In this document: one piece after another, positions 27,229-29,740 of the stretch
How positions within the stretch are numbered: position 1 is the stretch's first letter
Layout: every line of letters starts with the position of its first letter
Source of the DNA: Candidatus Hydrogenedentota bacterium
GTDB lineage: Bacteria; Hydrogenedentota; Hydrogenedentia; Hydrogenedentales; GCA-2746185
Length of the DNA stretch: 29,740 nt
Reading direction: 5' to 3'
Assembly (NCBI GenBank): GCA_046583315.1
Contig: JAYGCN010000187.1
Location: forward strand, 1-29,740
Made by a program: the position numbers and the translations under genes
Notes under the pieces: model-generated
Seen by the model: the letters and a program-made list of their open reading frames with translations, nothing else
Told to the model about the DNA's origin: nothing
Database searches by the model: none

Positions 27229-27272
27229 CGGACGCGTTACGCTCTTATCCACATATATAGAAGGAGAATTTC

Positions 27273-28868
27273 ATGAAGGCGACCTCCTGCCTGTTGCTGT
27301 CCGTTACCGTGTGCATCACGTCTCTCGCGATCCACGCCGAAGAACCCGTCGATTGGGATGTCGTGAATCAAATTCGCGATGAGGGTTTCCATCGTTCCGA
27401 AATTATGGATACTATCAAGCATCTCACCGATACCATCGGTCCGCGCATCACCAACTCACCCCAGCAACGCGAGGCCAGTAAATGGACCCGCCAGAAACTC
27501 GAAGACTACGGACTCAAAAATGCTGAAACGGAGAATTGGGGGGAGTTCGGGCGCGGCTGGTCCTTCTCTCGCGCGGACATTCAATTGATCGAACCGATCA
27601 GCATTCCCCTGTATGCGCTACCCAAGGCATGGACACCCGGTACCGATGGCCCCGTGCAGGGCGAAGTCGTGCGAGCGACAATCAAAGAAGAAGAGGACTT
27701 CGAGGAATATCGCGGAAAACTCGAAGGCAAGATTGTCCTCGTCAGTGCGCCGCGCAAACCGGGGGTTGATGACGAAGACACCATCGTCGATCGCTATACG
27801 ATCGAAGATTTATGCGAATTGGAAGAATTTCCCATTCCCGCCGCAAAACAAGCGTCCCGGCTTGAGGAGTACAAGAAAAATCTCCCCTTTCGTGACAAAC
27901 TCAGGCAATTCTGGATTGACGAGAAGGTGTTGGCACTGGTCGAATTGAGTTCGCGGGATGCCGGCGTGATTCGCGTGACTGGCAATCGCTCCTACGAAGC
28001 CGGCGATGATCCCGGGCCGCTCCAGCTCTCCATGATCACCGAGCACTACAATCGCCTTACCCGTTTCGTGAAAGACGAAATACCCGTCGAGATGCGCATC
28101 GATGTCAATTCCAATTTTCACGAGGAAGACCCGGTCGCCTACAATACCATCGCTGAAATTTCCGGTACGTCGAAGAAAAACGAAGTCGTAATGCTCGGCG
28201 GACATCTCGATTCATGGCACACAGGCACCGGGGCCACCGACAACGCTTCCGGCGTCGCGGTTGCGATGGAAGCCGTCCGTATTCTGAAAGCCATCGGCGT
28301 AAAACCGAAGCGAACAATCCGTGTCGCACTGTGGACCGGTGAAGAGCAGGGGTTGCTGGGTTCACGCGCCTACGTCAAGAATCATTTCGCCACCCGACCG
28401 CCAGTCACCGACGAAGAAGAACTTAAGCTGCCTTCCTGGTTGCAAAAAAAGATGTGGCCAATTTCCACCACGAAGGAACACGATCGCCTTTCAGTCTATT
28501 TCAACCTGGACAACGGAAGCGGAAAGATTCGCGGCGTCTACTGCCAGGAAAACGCGGCCGTGAAACCAATATTCGACGCATGGATGGCCCCTTTCGAGGA
28601 TCTGGGCATGACGACGACCTCACTTCGCAATACAGGCTCGACAGACCACGTCGCGTTTGATTCGGTCGGACTACCCGGCTTCCAATTCATTCAAGACCAG
28701 CTCGAATACTTTCCGCGTACGCACCATTCGCACCTTGACGTGTATGATCGCCTTCATCGAGACGATTTGATTCAATCCGCCGTCGTGATGGCTTCATTCG
28801 TTTACCACGCCGCCATGCGCGACGACCTGATGCCACGCAAACCGTTCCCGCGTGAACCCAAAGAGTAG
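27273..28868 (+). CDS. Secreted M28 metallopeptidase (carboxypeptidase Q-like) with PA domain
   Basis: [52 protein letters not shown]. Confidence 0.95.
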   Translation: MKATSCLLLSVTVCITSLAIHAEEPVDWDVVNQIRDEGFHRSEIMDTIKHLTDTIGPRITNSPQQREASKWTRQKLEDYGLKNAETENWGEFGRGWSFSRADIQLIEPISIPLYALPKAWTPGTDGPVQGEVVRATIKEEEDFEEYRGKLEGKIVLVSAPRKPGVDDEDTIVDRYTIEDLCELEEFPIPAAKQASRLEEYKKNLPFRDKLRQFWIDEKVLALVELSSRDAGVIRVTGNRSYEAGDDPGPLQLSMITEHYNRLTRFVKDEIPVEMRIDVNSNFHEEDPVAYNTIAEISGTSKKNEVVMLGGHLDSWHTGTGATDNASGVAVAMEAVRILKAIGVKPKRTIRVALWTGEEQGLLGSRAYVKNHFATRPPVTDEEELKLPSWLQKKMWPISTTKEHDRLSVYFNLDNGSGKIRGVYCQENAAVKPIFDAWMAPFEDLGMTTTSLRNTGSTDHVAFDSVGLPGFQFIQDQLEYFPRTHHSHLDVYDRLHRDDLIQSAVVMASFVYHAAMRDDLMPRKPFPREPKE

Positions 28869-28878
28869 GAGGTGTTCC

Positions 28879-29280
28879 ATGTCCGATGAAACCATACCCG
28901 AAGACGAAGCCGGTTGGGAAGCAAAACTGGACTCAGAACAATTTCGAGTGCTCCGAAACAAGGGCACCGAACCCGCCTTCGCCGGAAAATACTGCGAGAC
29001 CAAAAGCGATGGCACCTACGCCTGCGCGGGGTGTGGACAACGGCTCTTCCAGTCGGAAACGAAATTTGAATCCGGTACCGGTTGGCCCAGCTTTTTTTCG
29101 CCGGTCAATCAAGAGGCCATCACCGAAATTGATGACAACTCGCACGGCATGCTTCGGACCGAAGTGGTGTGTAGCCGTTGCCAAGGACACCTGGGGCACG
29201 TCTTCCCCGATGGTCCCGCCCCAACCGGACTACGCTATTGCCTGAACTCGGTTTCGTTGGACCTGGTTAATCCGGATTGA
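28879..29280 (+). CDS. msrB: Peptide-methionine (R)-S-oxide reductase, Zn-binding
   Basis: [55 protein letters not shown]. Confidence 0.97.
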   Translation: MSDETIPEDEAGWEAKLDSEQFRVLRNKGTEPAFAGKYCETKSDGTYACAGCGQRLFQSETKFESGTGWPSFFSPVNQEAITEIDDNSHGMLRTEVVCSRCQGHLGHVFPDGPAPTGLRYCLNSVSLDLVNPD

Positions 29281-29305
29281 CCACTGGCAAAGGTCGTGGT
29301 ATGAT
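29277..29305 (+). promoter_or_regulatory. Sigma-70 promoter whose -35 overlaps the msrB stop codon
   Basis: TTGACC-N17-TATGAT with extended TGg. Confidence 0.7.
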
Positions 29306-29331
29306 CCGTGTAGACGAAGCAGAGGCGATTT

Positions 29332-29740
29332 ATGCGCGCGACCCTATTTATACTTATCGGACTATTCGGCATTGCACCCCTGTGCGGCTCCCATACCTTG
29401 GCCGTACCTTTTTTCGCCGATGACGGTGGCAACATGGGTGCCAATGGGCCTGCGAGCGGCAATGCCTCCTTTATCGGCATCAAGAATATCTCTTCGACAC
29501 CGATACTCCTCGACATCACCTACATATTCCCCGTTGCTGGACAGGCCTCCGTCGTACAGAACCCGCGGAAATTCCTGTTGGGAGGCTCGCAGGGAATTTC
29601 CTGGCGGCCATTCAGGGACGATCCCGGCGAAGGGTCGGGGCGCGTCGTTCCGGGCGTACTTCCCGGCAATCCCGCATTCGGTTCCGCGATTATTTCGTGG
29701 CAGGGCGGTGAATATGACGGAAAAACAGTGACCGGCCGAT
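29332..29740 (+). CDS. Secreted hypothetical protein, partial; absent from the ORF track because it has no stop in the window
   Basis: Manual translation MRATLFILIGLFGIAPLCGSHTLAVPFFADDGG...FIGIKN...ISWRPFRDDPGEG...TVTGR is open to the edge; GAGG RBS and promoter upstream. Confidence 0.75.
   Translation, partial: MRATLFILIGLFGIAPLCGSHTLAVPFFADDGGNMGANGPASGNASFIGIKNISSTPILLDITYIFPVAGQASVVQNPRKFLLGGSQGISWRPFRDDPGEGSGRVVPGVLPGNPAFGSAIISWQGGEYDGKTVTGR

Noticed and set aside
29372..29731. 119-aa plus-strand ORF in the track
   Set aside because: Alternative frame of the better supported gene starting at 29332.

Overview
Bacterial chromosomal window (about 55-57% GC in core-gene lines counted by hand; the orphan secreted proteins suggest Ca. 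Hydrogenedentota, which is an inference). It is mostly housekeeping and metabolic: a frameshifted ECF sigma factor, an MBL-fold hydrolase, rpsA with an acidic repeat tail, ilvB, DUF3445, hemL, menB-menA-menE, a sodium:solute symporter with a small partner, MFS and TauE transporters, several secreted hydrolases and msrB. No rRNA, tRNA, CRISPR array or transposase was seen. Highlights: (1) an AT-rich, frameshifted DUF3885 gene splits menB from menA and is bracketed by two inward-facing arrays of ~8-bp-period repeats that include a perfect 22-bp inverted repeat, a cassette-like structure with no mobility gene nearby; (2) at least two, possibly three, exported enzyme homologues lack their catalytic residues (penicillin-acylase-like, beta-lactamase-like, GH-A-like); (3) both broken genes stop at GAA-TGA and continue in the +1 frame; (4) an AT-rich HNH nuclease follows menE.
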